In this document: positions 9,702-18,185 of the stretch, piece after piece
Numbering within the stretch: the stretch's first letter is position 1
Layout: the number at the start of each line of letters is the position of its first letter
DNA from: Thermomicrobiales bacterium
GTDB lineage: Bacteria; Chloroflexota; Chloroflexia; Thermomicrobiales; CADCWN01
Reading direction: 5' to 3'
DNA: 64,000 nt
Assembly: GCA_030446685.1 (NCBI GenBank)
Contig: JAUJMV010000002.1
Location: 140,878-204,877 of the forward strand
The notes under the pieces: model-generated
Database searches by the model: none
Told to the model about the DNA's origin: nothing
The model's input: the letters and a program-made list of their open reading frames with translations, nothing else
Made by a program: the position numbers and the translations under genes

Positions 9702-10155
9702 CTACGCGGAATCGCCTGTGTCGCTCCCTGCCCGCAATGCCGCCGTGTGCTCCTCGTAGTCGCTCGCGCAGCCCTGTGCCCACTCGGCGTATCTGCCGTC
9801 CCGCGCCGCTTCCTCCGGTGCGAGCGACAGGAGCAGCGTGTCCAGCGTCGCGTAGGTGTCGCGCAACTCCGCCAGGGCGGCGTCCCAGTCGAGCCCTCCC
9901 GCGTCGCGACGAGACCGCGTTGAAAGTGTCAATGTCGTAGGTGCGGTCGGGAGTGCCCGGATCGGCGCGGATCAGCGTCAGGCGGGCCACCGCCTCGGCA
10001 TCCCATCCCGCGCGGTGCGCGATCACATCCTTCACCGACCACGTCCCATACTGCCCCTTGAGGGCGCCGACCTCCGGTCCGACCGCGCGGGCCGCCGCCA
10101 GGAACGCCTCATGCGCCCGCCGCAATCGCGCGCGGTGTTCGGCCAGTTCGTCCAT
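9702..10155 (-). CDS. DinB/ClbS-like four-helix-bundle protein, one apparent frameshift near 9920
   Basis: MDELAEHRARLRRAHEAFLAAA...WSVKDVIAHRAGWD, then ...LDWDAALAELRDTYATLDTLLLSL in ORF 9702..9932. Confidence 0.45.
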
Positions 10156-10177
10156 CGTCGGCTCCCGCCCGCGGGGG

Positions 10178-10350
10178 GCCGACGACTGAAGTCGTCGCTG
10201 GGGGCTCGCAAGCTCGCCACGAAACCCGCCTCCGCGGGTTGGAACCGACCAGACGAAGTGCTTGCAGATGAGGCGGGAGCGTTTCGTCATCCAGTCCGCG
10301 GAGGCGGACTTTGTGGCCGCAGGCCCCCAGCGACGACTTCAGTCGTCGGC
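10178..10350. repeat. REP-like compound palindrome (two inverted ~60-65 nt arms)
   Basis: gccgacgactgaagtcgtcgctgggggc...ccacgaaacccgcctccgcgggttgg versus ccagtccgcggaggcggactttgtggccgc...cccccagcgacgacttcagtcgtcggc. Same family as the repeats flanking the Y1 transposase at 41127-41719. Confidence 0.8.
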
Positions 10351-10362
10351 ACCGCTGCTGAA

Positions 10363-11634
10363 TCAGTCTACCATCGTCGAGGCGACGTTCGGGCGCTCGA
10401 TCGGTGTCGTCACCTCGGCCACTTCGGGCGTGGTCGGCGCGATGCCCGCGGCCGGCTTAGCGGCGGCCTCGCGCAGGATGCGCTGGGCGATCACCATCCG
10501 GTGGACCTCGGACGGGCCGTCGTAGATGCGGAAGGGCCGGACGTTGCGGTAGAAGCTCGCCAGCGGCAGTTCGTTGGAGACGCCGTGGGAGCCGGTGATT
10601 TGGAGCGCGCGGTCCACCACGCGATCGACCGCCTCGGAGACGTAGGTCTTCGCCATCGAGGTCTCCTGGCGGGCCTGCCCGCCCCCGTCGATGACCCAGG
10701 CGGCGTGCCAGATCATCAGCCGCGAGGCGTGCAACTCCATCGCCGAGTCGGCGATCATCTGCTGCACCATCTGGTGCTGGCCGAGCGGCTTGCCGAAGCC
10801 CGCGCGCCCGTTGGCGTAGGTCGCGGCGATGTCGAGCGCGCGGGCGGCGACGCCGAGCCAGCGCATGCAGTGCGTCAGCCGCGCCGGGGCGAGCCGGACC
10901 TGGGCGTATTTGAACCCCTCGCCGACCGCGCCGAGGACCGCGTCCTGGCCCACCGCGCAGTCGCGGAACTCGACCTCGCAGTGCCCGCCCGCGAAGCCGG
11001 CGTCGAGCAGGGGATCTGCCGGACGATGCGGAAGCCGGGGTTGTCGGCGTCGACCAGGAACATCGTCGCGCCGCCGCGCCCGTCGATCCGCTCGCCGGTG
11101 ACGGCCATGCAGATCGTGAAGGCGCAGCCGTCGGCCCCGCTGATGTACCACTTGTCGCCGTTGATGACCCAGTCGTCGCCGCGCCGCTCGGCGCGGGTGC
11201 GCAGCATCGAGGGGTCGGAGCCGGCGCCGGGGCGGTTCGGTCATCGAGAAGGAGCTTCGCACCCGGCCCTCGACCAGCGGGCGCAGGTACTGCTCCTGCT
11301 GCGCCGCGGTCCCGACGACCGCCAGCAGGTGCATGTTGCCCTCGTCGGGCGCGGCGCAGTTGAGGGCCAGCGGTCCGATCAGGCTGCGCCCGGCCTCCTC
11401 GAAGACAATGCTCATCTCGCGCATGTTCAGCCCGAGCCCGCCCCATTCTTTCGGGACGTGCGGCGCGTAGATGCCGGCCGACCGCGCCCTCGCCCGCAGC
11501 GCGTCGAGCCGGTCCTGGGGCAGCCCGTCGTGGTCGTCCACGAACGGCTCCTGTGGGATCACCTCGTTCTCCACGAACGCGCGCGCGCGGTCGCGCAACT
11601 CGGCCAATTCCGGCGGCAGCGTGAAGTCGATCAT
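10363..11634 (-). CDS. acyl-CoA dehydrogenase, two apparent frameshifts
   Basis: MIDFTLPPELAELRDRARAFVENEVIP..., DDWVINGDKWYISGA (ORF 10875..11207), and a C-terminal IYDGPSEVHRMVIAQRIL. AAGGAG lies upstream of the ATG at 11634. Confidence 0.8.
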   Translation of the reverse strand: MIDFTLPPELAELRDRARAFVENEVIPQEPFVDDHDGLPQDRLDALRARARSAGIYAPHVPKEWGGLGLNMREMSIVFEEAGRSLIGPLALNCAAPDEGNMHLLAVVGTAAQQEQYLRPLVEGRVRSSFSMTEPPRRRLRPLDAAHPRRAARRRLGHQRRQVVHQRGRRLRLHDLHGRHRRADRRARRRDDVPGRRRQPRLPHRPADPLLDAGFAGGHCEVEFRDCAVGQDAVLGAVGEGFKYAQVRLAPARLTHCMRWLGVAARALDIAATYANGRAGFGKPLGQHQMVQQMIADSAMELHASRLMIWHAAWVIDGGGQARQETSMAKTYVSEAVDRVVDRALQITGSHGVSNELPLASFYRNVRPFRIYDGPSEVHRMVIAQRILREAAAKPAAGIAPTTPEVAEVTTPIERPNVASTMVD

Positions 11635-11647
11635 CCATCGCTCCTTT

Positions 11648-11744
11648 GCGAGTGCTTGCGAGTGCTGAGTGTCTATCGGTTGGCCGTGGGGGTACGGCAT
11701 TCGACAGCGGCCCGGCTCAGCACTCGGCACTCAGCACTCAGCGC
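11648..11744. repeat. heptamer-array hairpin, unit GAGTGCT
   Basis: gcgagtgcttgcgagtgctgagtgtc at 11648-11673 versus gctcagcactcggcactcagcactcagcgc at 11715-11744. It starts 2 nt after the SDR stop and ends about 13 nt before the ACAD start. Confidence 0.8.
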
Positions 11745-11745
11745 T

Positions 11746-12520
11746 TCACCCCAGGCGGCCGGCCATGTGGCCGCCATCGATCGGGAAGGCGACGCCGCTG
11801 ATGAAGGCCGCCTCGTCGGAGGCGAGGTAGAGGGCGGCGTTGGCGACGTCCTCCGGGGTGCCGAGGCGGCCGAGCGGGATGTCGCGGCGCAGGCGCGCGG
11901 CGCCCTCCTCCGGCGTGGCGCGCGACCCGGCGATGAAGGCGTCGACCATCGGCGTCTGGGTCCAGACCGGGCAGAGGGCGTTGGCCCGGATGTTGAAGCG
12001 CGCGCCCTCCAGGGCCAGCGTCTGCGCCAGTTGGATCGCCCCGGCCTTCGACGGCCCGTAGGCGCCGAGCAGCGGCGTGCCCTGCAAGCCGGCGACCGAG
12101 GCGCTGATCAGGATGCTGCCGCCGCCCCCGCCGCAGCGCGCCGAAGGCGTGCTTGGCGCAGAGGAAGGGGCCGGTCAGGTTGACGGCCAGCACCCGCTCC
12201 CAGTCCTCCCTGGCGAGGTTGGCGAGCAGGCCCGGGGCGCCGATGCCGGCGTTGGCGACCATGATGTCGAGCTTGCCCCAGCGTTCCAGCGCCTCGGCCA
12301 CCGCGCCGGCGCAGTCGTCCTCGTCCGTCACGTCGACGCGGCGGAAGGCGGCGCGCTCCCCGCCGATCGCCGCGACCGTCTCGCGCCCGCCGGCCTCGTT
12401 CACGTCGGTCGCCAGCACCGCCGCGCCCTCCGCCGCGAACCGGGCCGCCATCGCCCGCCCCAGCCCCGAGCCCGCCCCGGTGATGACCGCGGCCTTGCCT
12501 TCCAGTCGAGCCATGCTCAC
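11746..12520 (-). CDS. SDR family oxidoreductase (3-oxoacyl-ACP reductase-like), one apparent frameshift near 12110
   Basis: GKAAVITGAGSGLGRA (TGxxxGxG) and YGPSKAGAIQL (YxxxK). Confidence 0.8.
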
Positions 12521-12540
12521 CCCCGGTCCCTATTGATCTA

Positions 12541-12620
12541 CCACAGAGGACACAGAGATCACGGAGAACGAAGGAAAAACGAGAATATCGCGATCTCTGT
12601 GTCCTCTGCGCCCTCTGCGG
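12541..12620. repeat. heptamer-like hairpin, units CAGAGGA/CACAGAG
   Basis: cagaggacacagagatc at 12544-12560 pairs perfectly with gatctctgtgtcctctg at 12592-12608, and a further ccctctg unit follows. Lies between the QOR stop and the SDR start. Confidence 0.75.
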
Positions 12621-12642
12621 TGAACACCGTCCTGCTCGCGCG

Positions 12643-13647
12643 TTACCCGCCGGCCGGCTCGTCGAGGAGGACGACGGCGCCGCGACGGCCGGGCGCCTCG
12701 GCGTGGCGCGCGGCGGCGGCGACCTCGGCCAGCGGGTAGGTGCGGTCCACGGCGGGGGTGAAATCGCCGCTCTCGACGAGGCCGAGGACCGACCCGACCG
12801 CCGCGCGGACCCGCTCCGGCGGCGTCTTGCCCAGCCAGCGGGTGAGCCAGAAGCCGCGCACGGTCAGCTCGCGGAAGAGGAGCAGGCCGGGATCGACCGG
12901 CACCGGCTCCCGCGCGAGGGCGCCGAAGAGGAGCGCCGTCCCGTCGTTCTTCAACGAGGCGATCGCCAGCGCGCCGGTCCGCCCGCCGACCGGGTCGATC
13001 GCCGCGGTCACGCCGCGCCCGCCGGTCAACTCGCGCGCCCGCCCCGGCACGTCCTCGTCGGCGGAGCAGAGGACGTGCGCGGCGCCGAGGGCGCGCAGCT
13101 CGTCCACCTGCTCGCGCCGCCGCACCACGTTGATCAGCCCGAAGCCGCGCGCGCGGGCCAACTCGATCATCGCCCGCCCGAGCTGCGATCCCGCCGCCGT
13201 CTGGAGGAGCGTGTCGCCCGCCCCGAGTTTGAGGACCTCGACCGCCATCACCCAGACGCTGAGGTAGTTGACCCAGAGCGCCCCCGCCTGCGCGTCGCTC
13301 AGCCGCGCCGGGGTCGGCACGACCAGCGCCGCCGGCACGGCGACCCGCTCGGCCCAGGTCCCCTTGCCGGCCGCCGCGCGAGGAGGAGCGTCACGCGGTC
13401 GCCCGCCCCCGGCCCGCTCACCCTCTCCCCGACCGCCTCGACCACGCCGGCCGCGTCGTTGCCCGGCGTCAGCGGCAGGGGCGGCGGCTTGCCGTACAGC
13501 CCGCGGATGTTCATCAGGTCGGACGGGTGGATGGCGCGCGCGGTCAGCCGCACCAGCACCTCGCCCCGCCCCGGCGCGGGGTCGGGCAGTTCCTCGACGC
13601 GCACGACATCGGCCGGCTCGCCGAACTGGTGGACGCGCGGCTTTCAT
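12643..13647 (-). CDS. NADPH:quinone oxidoreductase / zinc-type alcohol dehydrogenase family, about 2 apparent frameshifts
   Basis: VRVEELPDPAPGRGEVLVRLTARAIHPSDL... (ORF 13299..13604) and the C-terminal 320 aa of ORF 12643..14382 (LQTAAGSQLGRAMIELARARG). Confidence 0.75.
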   Translation of the reverse strand: MKAARPPVRRAGRCRARRGTARPRAGAGRGAGAADRARHPPVRPDEHPRAVRQAAAPAADAGQRRGRRGRGGRGEGERAGGGRPRDAPPRAAAGKGTWAERVAVPAALVVPTPARLSDAQAGALWVNYLSVWVMAVEVLKLGAGDTLLQTAAGSQLGRAMIELARARGFGLINVVRRREQVDELRALGAAHVLCSADEDVPGRARELTGGRGVTAAIDPVGGRTGALAIASLKNDGTALLFGALAREPVPVDPGLLLFRELTVRGFWLTRWLGKTPPERVRAAVGSVLGLVESGDFTPAVDRTYPLAEVAAAARHAEAPGRRGAVVLLDEPAGG

Positions 13648-13655
13648 CACTGCTC

Positions 13656-13859
13656 CAGACGCGGGCTGGCGAACGGGAATCGCGCTTGGGTGTTCGTGCC
13701 GCGGGTCCGTTGCTCCGACACCGGGCCGGCCGCTCGCCGTCAGACGCGGGCTCCCCGCTTTCGCGACGTTGGAATCGCGAGGCGCGATGGGTGTGGCGCG
13801 CGCGGTCGCCCGAGAGGGGGGTGCTCCGCGGGTCGACACCGCGACCGGCCGCTGGCCGT
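13656..13859. repeat. degenerate tandem direct repeat (units of about 85 and 119 nt) in non-coding DNA
   Basis: Both units begin cagacgcgggct and share ggaatcgcg, gggtgt, tgctccg, gacacc and ccggccgctNgccgtcag blocks. Confidence 0.5.
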
Positions 13860-14099
13860 CAGGCGTCGTTGGGGCAGCGACCCCGCCGGCCACACATTCG
13901 CGCGGTCGCTTCTTCGACAATCCGCGCGCTTTCGCGATGACTACCGATCGGTGACGGGGGTATCCCGCGCGATCGCGGGGCGCGAGCTGGCGCTGATCGC
14001 CACCCTGCACACCCGGCCCGGCGCGGTGCGCGTGCTGCACGTAACGCGCTCGTCGGCAGCGCGCCGGCCGGCCCTTGCCGCCCTGCGCGCGCAGTTCCG

Positions 14100-14165
14100 C
14101 GCCTGGTGGTCTCCGCTTCGACCGTTGGCCGTTCACCAGGCCGTCGCGCCGCCTTGAGCACCTGG
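14100..14165. repeat. degraded duplicate of the SDR (14606-15384) 3' end plus its adjacent repeat arm
   Basis: ccgttcaccaggccgtcgcgccgcc...gcacctggcc matches 14600-14650 (gcgttcaccaggccgtcgcgccgcc...gcacctggcc). Confidence 0.6.
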
Positions 14166-14396
14166 CCTGACGCCACAATCGGCCGGCGGAACGGTTCGTT
14201 TCGCGCTTTCGCGGCCGGATCGCGCCGGTAATCGCGCGGGCGGCGCGCGACGACCGCTCTGCGCGTGCCGACCGGGATCGGCCACCCGGCCCTTCGAGCG
14301 GACGGTGCCGGCCGGCGCGGGATCCCGCGCGACGGGGCGCGCGACGGTTCGCGGCGGTGACGACCGCCGCGCGCGCGATCACCTGGCGGCAATCGG

Positions 14397-14564
14397 TTAC
14401 CCCATCTTCGCAATGAAGTCGAGAGACGCTCGCGGGCTGCGCGTAGTTGCCCTTCGAGCCTCCGTGACATCGGCGGTGCGATCATGCGGCGATTGCACCA
14501 ACCGGATCACGCGCAGTGCGTATGCCTTCGTCCTCCGTTGCAGATCGCCGTTGCTCGCCGACAT
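14397..14564 (-). pseudogene. four-helix-bundle protein (23S rRNA intervening-sequence protein family) remnant
   Basis: Own translation gives MSASNGDLQRRTKAYALRVIRLVQSPHDRTADV...RASLDFIAKMG*. It matches the remembered family pattern ...ERTKxFALRIIRLVxSLPK...GANYRAAxRARSxADFIxKMGI. Internal deletion or frameshift and a 3' truncation. Confidence 0.55.
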
Positions 14565-14582
14565 CGCGCTTGCACCGCCCCT

Positions 14583-14610
14583 GTTCCGCGTTCGCCGTTC
14601 CGCGTTCACC
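14583..14610. repeat. single heptamer array, unit GAACGCG (as gttccgc on the plus strand)
   Basis: gttccgc gttcgcc gttccgc gttcacc. Overlaps the stop codon of the SDR at 14606 and lies 19 nt from the four-helix-bundle remnant start. Confidence 0.7.
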
Positions 14611-15384
14611 AGGCCGTCGCGCCGCCGTCCACCACCAGCACCTGGCCGGTGACGTAGCTGGCGGCGGCGGAGGCGAGGAAGAGGGCCGCGCCCTTCAGTT
14701 CGCCGGGGCGGCCGAGGCGGCCGAGCGGCACGTCGGTCTGCATCTTCTCCTCGCTGCGGCCGATCACCGCCTCGGTCATGCGGCTGGGGAAGAAGCCGGG
14801 CGCGATCGCGTTGACGCGGATGTTGTGGCCCGCCCACTCGGTGGCGAGCTGGCGGGTGAGGGCGATCACCGCGCCCTTCGAGGCGTGGTAGCCGGCGGCG
14901 CGCAGCACCTGGGGCGGGGCGCCGAAGAGGCCGGCGACCGACGCGGTGTTGACGATCGCGCCGCCGGTTCCCCGCGCGATCATCTGGCGCGCGGCGGCCT
15001 GCGACACCAGGAAGGTGCCGGTGGCGTTGGTGTCGACCACCTGGCGGAAGCGCTCGACCGGCATCTCCTCGGCGGGCGCCCCCAGGAGACGCCGGCGTTG
15101 TTGACGACGACGTCGAGCGCGCCGTGCCGCGCCACGATGCCGTCGATCAGCGCGCCGACCGCCGCCGGGTCGGTCACGTCGCAGACGGCGGCCTCGACCG
15201 CCAACCCGGCCCCGCGCAGCCCCTCCTCCGCCGGGCCGAGCCACTGCTCGCGCCGCGCGGTGATGATGACCGTCGCCCCCGCCTCGCCCAGCCCCTCGGC
15301 GATCTCCAGCCCCAGCCCGCGCGAGCCCCCGGTGACCAGCGCCACCTTCCCGCGTAGGTCGAACAGCTCTCTGACGTGCGGCAT
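14606..15384 (-). CDS. SDR family oxidoreductase (gluconate-5-dehydrogenase-like), one apparent frameshift near 15095
   Basis: GKVALVTGGSRGLGLEIA and YHASKGAVIALTRQLA. Pieces in ORFs 14980..15429 and 14606..15448. Confidence 0.8.
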
Positions 15385-15627
15385 CCTTGTCCTCCTGGGC
15401 GCGGAACGGCGAGCCCCTCCAGGGGGCAAGTGGCGGAACGTGGAACAACCGCTGGACCGCCGCGTTTGGCCCCTATGGTACCTCGCCGCTGCCGCTCCGG
15501 GCGACTACGCTGCCGGGCGCGCGATCGATCCGCGCCCGCTACGGCGCGGATGACGGCAGCGGGCGGCGTAGGTGCGCGGGGCGTTGAACGGCCACCGGCC
15601 CCGCCCGTAACGCCCCGGCGCGATGAT

Positions 15628-16833
15628 TCAGCCGATCGTCGCCACCCGCGCGCCGTCGACGATCTCGACCGGGTAGACGGTCGCCTCCGCCGCCCCGGCG
15701 GTGCGGCGCGGGTACTCGGCGGCGACGGCGGCGGCGAAGCCGGGGAGGGCGTCGCGGCGCAGCAGGGTGATCGTGCTGCCGCCGAAGCCGCCGCCCATCA
15801 GCCGCGAGCCGAGCACTCCCGGCGTCTCGCGGGCGATCATGACCAGCGCGTCGATCTCCGGCACGCTGACCTCGTAGTCGTCGCGCAGGCTGGCGTGCGA
15901 GGCGTAGAGCGCCGCGCCGACCGTCCCCCAGTCGCCCGCCCGCAGGGCCGCCACGGTCCGCTCGACCCGGGCGTCCTCGGTCACGACGTGCCGCGCGCGG
16001 CGGTAGGCGAGGTCGTGGCCGGCGAACGCGCCCGCGGCGCGCGCCTCCTCCAGTTCGGCGGGGGTCACGTCGCGCAGGTTCGCGATCCGCGGGAGGCGCG
16101 GGCGCAGGAGGGCGACCGCCTCGGCGCACTCCTCGCGGCGGCGGTTGTACTCGCCGCCGGCGTGGGCGTGCTTCACGCCGCTGTCGCAGACCGCCAGGGC
16201 GAGGCCGGCGTCGGCCAGCGGCAGCGGCACCGCCTCGGTCGCCAGCGAGCGGCAGTCGAGGAAGAGGGCGTGGTCGCGCCGGCCGAAGACGCTGATGAAC
16301 TGGTCCATGATCCCGACGTTGGCGCCGACGAACTCGCGCTCGGCGCGCTGGCAGAGGAGCGCGAGGTCGCGGTCGGGGAGGTCGAGCCCGTTCGCCGCCA
16401 CGAGCGCGCGGGCGACCGCCACCTCCAGCGCCGCCGACGAGCTGAGCCCCGCGCCGAGCGGCACGGTCCCGTCGAGCGTCAGGTCGAGGCCGCCCAGGCG
16501 GTGGCCGGCGGCCAGCAGTTGCGCCGCGACCCCGGCCGCGTAGTCGTGCCACGCCCCGGCCGGGCGCAACGCGTCGAGATCGAGGTCGGCCAGCCCCTCG
16601 GCGTTGAGCGAGCGCAGGCGCAGGCGGCGGCCGTCGCGCGGGGAGGCGACGAGGGCCAGGTCGCGGTCGATCGCGGCGGGCAGGACGAAGCCGTCGTTGT
16701 AGTCGGTGTGCTCGCCGATCAGGTTGATCCGCCCCGGCGCCCGCGCCGCGAGGGTCGGCGCGGCCCCGAACCCCTCGCGGTGCGCCGCCGTCAACCGCTC
16801 CAGCCGCCCGGCATCGATCCCCGCGCTGCTCAT
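15628..16833 (-). CDS. galK: galactokinase
   Basis: GRINLIGEHTDYNDGFVLPAAID signature and GHMP motif GGGFGGSTI. Intact at 401 aa. Confidence 0.9.
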   Translation of the reverse strand: MSSAGIDAGRLERLTAAHREGFGAAPTLAARAPGRINLIGEHTDYNDGFVLPAAIDRDLALVASPRDGRRLRLRSLNAEGLADLDLDALRPAGAWHDYAAGVAAQLLAAGHRLGGLDLTLDGTVPLGAGLSSSAALEVAVARALVAANGLDLPDRDLALLCQRAEREFVGANVGIMDQFISVFGRRDHALFLDCRSLATEAVPLPLADAGLALAVCDSGVKHAHAGGEYNRRREECAEAVALLRPRLPRIANLRDVTPAELEEARAAGAFAGHDLAYRRARHVVTEDARVERTVAALRAGDWGTVGAALYASHASLRDDYEVSVPEIDALVMIARETPGVLGSRLMGGGFGGSTITLLRRDALPGFAAAVAAEYPRRTAGAAEATVYPVEIVDGARVATIG

Positions 16834-16866
16834 CCCTGCCTCCTCCGGCTTGCGCCCCCGCGCCCC

Positions 16867-18117
16867 TCACCCCTTGGCCCGCGGCCCTCGGCCCTGGCGC
16901 CGCGCCCGCCGCTCCACGGCGTACTCCCGCCCGCGCCAGTGGATCGGCTCGCCGCGGGCGCGGCGCCAGGTCGTCACGACCGCCGCCGAGCCGAGCACGG
17001 CCGCGCCGGCCGGGAAGAGCGCGACCTCCGACGGCGCCTGGCGCAGCTCCCGCCCGACCAGGGCGCGGATCGCCAGCAGCGCCGCCACCTGCCCCGCCGC
17101 CAGCCGCCGGGGGCCGCCGCGCGCGAGGCGCCAAGCCAGCAGCGCGAACGGCCCGACGAAGAAGAGGAGCGTCAGCGCGCCGACCCCGAAGACGTAGGGG
17201 GGCGCGAGCCGGCTCCCCGCCTGCAGGCTGCGGATGAAGCCGCGCCAGGCGTCCCCGAAGCCATCATACATCCGGCAGGCCGTCCAGTCGCCCCCGTCGA
17301 GCAGCAGCAGGTCCGCGCCCGCCCGCTTGCAGGCCCGCCCGAGCGCCATGTCCTCCATCAGTTGGTCGCGCACCGCGGCGTGGCCGCCGACGCGCGCGTA
17401 GAGATCGCGCCGGATCAGCAGGAACTGCCCGTTGGCGAAGGCGAAGAGGCGGAAGCGCGCCCCTTCGAGCAGCGGGATCGGTTGCAGCGCCAGCAGGAGG
17501 AAGAAGAGGTGCGGCACCAGCAGCCGCTCGCCGAGCGTCACCGCCCGCTCGCGCGGCAGGGTCGTCAGCACCGCTGCGCCGCGCCCGAGGGCCGCGCCGA
17601 CCGTCGCGCGCAGCATCGCCGGCGCGTGGGTCGTGTCGGCGTCCACGAAGAGGAGCCAGTCCCCCGTCGCCGCCTCGGCCAGTTGCTGGCAGGCGTGGGC
17701 CTTGCCGCCCCAGCCCGGCGGCGGCTCCGCGCCGCGCAGGGGGCGCAGCCGGGGGTGCCGCGCCGCCAGCGCCGCGACGATCGCCCCGGTCCCGTCGGTC
17801 GAGCGGTCGTCCAGCACCAGCACCTCGAACGCCCCGCCCGGATAGTCCTGGGCGACCAGCGACTCGACGCAGGCGGCGATCTTCGCCGCCTCGTCCCGCG
17901 CCGGGACCAGGATCGACACGCGCGGGGGCGGCGCGGGCAGCGGGTGCCGCTCCCGGCCCCGCCGCCGCAGGAGCAGCAGGTTGAGGCCGCTGATCGCGGC
18001 CATCGCCGCGAGCAGGAGGGTGTTGAAGGACTGGTAGAGGGCGAGCGGGGAGCGATTGCGGATTGCGGATTGCGGGTTGCGGATCGAGGCACGAGCGGTG
18101 CGGCGGGCCGCGCCCAT
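16867..18117 (-). CDS. family 2 glycosyltransferase (carotenoid glycosyltransferase-like), start uncertain
   Basis: SILVPARDEAAKIAACVESL...VLDDRSTDGT...LFVDADT with an N-terminal TM helix. The first plausible ATG (18117) lies in the spacer of the 18054-18184 hairpin. Confidence 0.75.
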   Translation of the reverse strand: MGAARRTARASIRNPQSAIRNRSPLALYQSFNTLLLAAMAAISGLNLLLLRRRGRERHPLPAPPPRVSILVPARDEAAKIAACVESLVAQDYPGGAFEVLVLDDRSTDGTGAIVAALAARHPRLRPLRGAEPPPGWGGKAHACQQLAEAATGDWLLFVDADTTHAPAMLRATVGAALGRGAAVLTTLPRERAVTLGERLLVPHLFFLLLALQPIPLLEGARFRLFAFANGQFLLIRRDLYARVGGHAAVRDQLMEDMALGRACKRAGADLLLLDGGDWTACRMYDGFGDAWRGFIRSLQAGSRLAPPYVFGVGALTLLFFVGPFALLAWRLARGGPRRLAAGQVAALLAIRALVGRELRQAPSEVALFPAGAAVLGSAAVVTTWRRARGEPIHWRGREYAVERRARRQGRGPRAKG

Positions 18118-18184
18118 CGGTTTCTCGGAAGCGTCGTCTTTCCGCCTCTTCCAATCCGCAATCCGCAATCCGCAATCCGCAATC
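18054..18184. repeat. heptamer-array hairpin, unit GATTGCG x5 per arm, 62-nt spacer
   Basis: gattgcg x3 + ggttgcg + gatcgag at 18054-18088 versus ccaatc + cgcaatc x4 at 18151-18184. The right arm ends 2 nt from the crtI stop codon. Confidence 0.9.
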
Positions 18185-18185
18185 C

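Noticed and set aside
13648-14396. A hidden, heavily frameshifted protein gene in the 0.75-kb gap.
   Set aside because: Translations in all six frames lack any recognisable motif or consistent coding composition. The internal direct repeats and the duplicated SDR 3' fragment explain much of the sequence better.
15385-15627. Imperfect long inverted repeat between galK and the SDR (ccgctgccg...gggcgcg-cgatcgatc-cgcgccc...cggcagcgg), considered as another member of the heptamer-hairpin family.
   Set aside because: It has no 7-nt periodicity, and the arms pair only patchily. It is probably just a GC-rich terminator-like structure.
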